DNA from: Eledone cirrhosa
Lineage: Eukaryota
Direction of reading: 5' to 3'
NCBI GenBank assembly: GCA_964016885.1
Contig: OZ024746.1
Span: 21,762,001 to 21,826,000, forward strand
DNA: 64,000 nucleotides
Below, piece after piece: positions 63,353-64,000 of this stretch. Numbering within the stretch: the first letter of the stretch is position 1; every line of letters begins with the position of its first letter. Under the pieces are notes generated by a model. It did no database searches, was not told the origin of the DNA, and saw only the letters and a list, made by a program, of their open reading frames with translations. The position numbers and the translations under genes are program-made.

Positions 63353-63522
63353 GTAAGTACCTAGTACAATTAAAGCAGATGTATATTTTGCATAAAACGT
63401 CTGTCATGCTGGAAAGGGGATGGTAAGAGTGAGTGTGTATGAGAGAGAGAGATTGAATGGCAGTGGTAGTAGTGGGGTAACAGCTATGTCCTCCAATTTA
63501 TTTTTTAATCCCACACTGTAAT

Positions 63523-63561
<39 letters not shown>

Positions 63562-64000
63562 AGAAAGAGTGGTAGTGGTAGTGGTGGTGGTAGCAGCAAT
63601 GCTTGACTCTAGACAATTATATTATTTGTGTGTATATATATATACACACTTTTATATATATGTATATATATATGAATGTATATATAGTGTATTTTGCAAT
63701 ACACTGTATGCTTAATTAAAAGCATTTCGAAGACCTTACGCTATTGTTTTAGAGTAGTGACAGTTTCACTTACTTGAAATTTTCAGCAAACAGGGGAGAT
63801 AAAGCTGACAGAGCTCTGTTTCATACTGATTGGTACTTTTCAAAGCTAAATACTTCACCTGTTTGCTGAAAATCATGAATGTTTGATTCTTATAGAATTC
63901 TAGTAATAATCAGGAACTGATTATACAGAGCGGTTGCCGGTCAAGCAGAAATTGAAAATTAGAATTGGTGCTCTGAAATAGCGATATATATATATGAATG

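Overview
AT-rich, repeat-dense animal genomic DNA. The SINE, microsatellite and minisatellite landscape suggests an octopus or other coleoid cephalopod; this is inference. Almost all listed ORFs are repeat artefacts. Two spliced genes can be reconstructed by hand on the + strand, with GT-AG boundaries and consistent phases: (1) the last four coding exons of a STYXL1/MK-STYX-like pseudophosphatase (4364-11885), and (2) the first nine coding exons of PI4KA (ATG 15183 to 63352, continuing beyond the window), with a 26.7 kb intron 1 and a 14.7 kb intron 3. The introns hold tRNA-derived SINEs, RTE, CR1 and R4/Dong LINE fragments, TTAA (piggyBac-like) and TA MITEs, and many minisatellites. Most notable: a cluster of type I hammerhead-ribozyme-like motifs in PI4KA intron 1, including two homologous copies with the compensatory U3:A8 core and covarying stems plus one sense-strand motif next to AATAAA; and a ~1.8 kb intron-to-intron duplication in STYXL1 flanked by a 12-bp direct repeat, which also supplies the empty site of a TTAA MITE.
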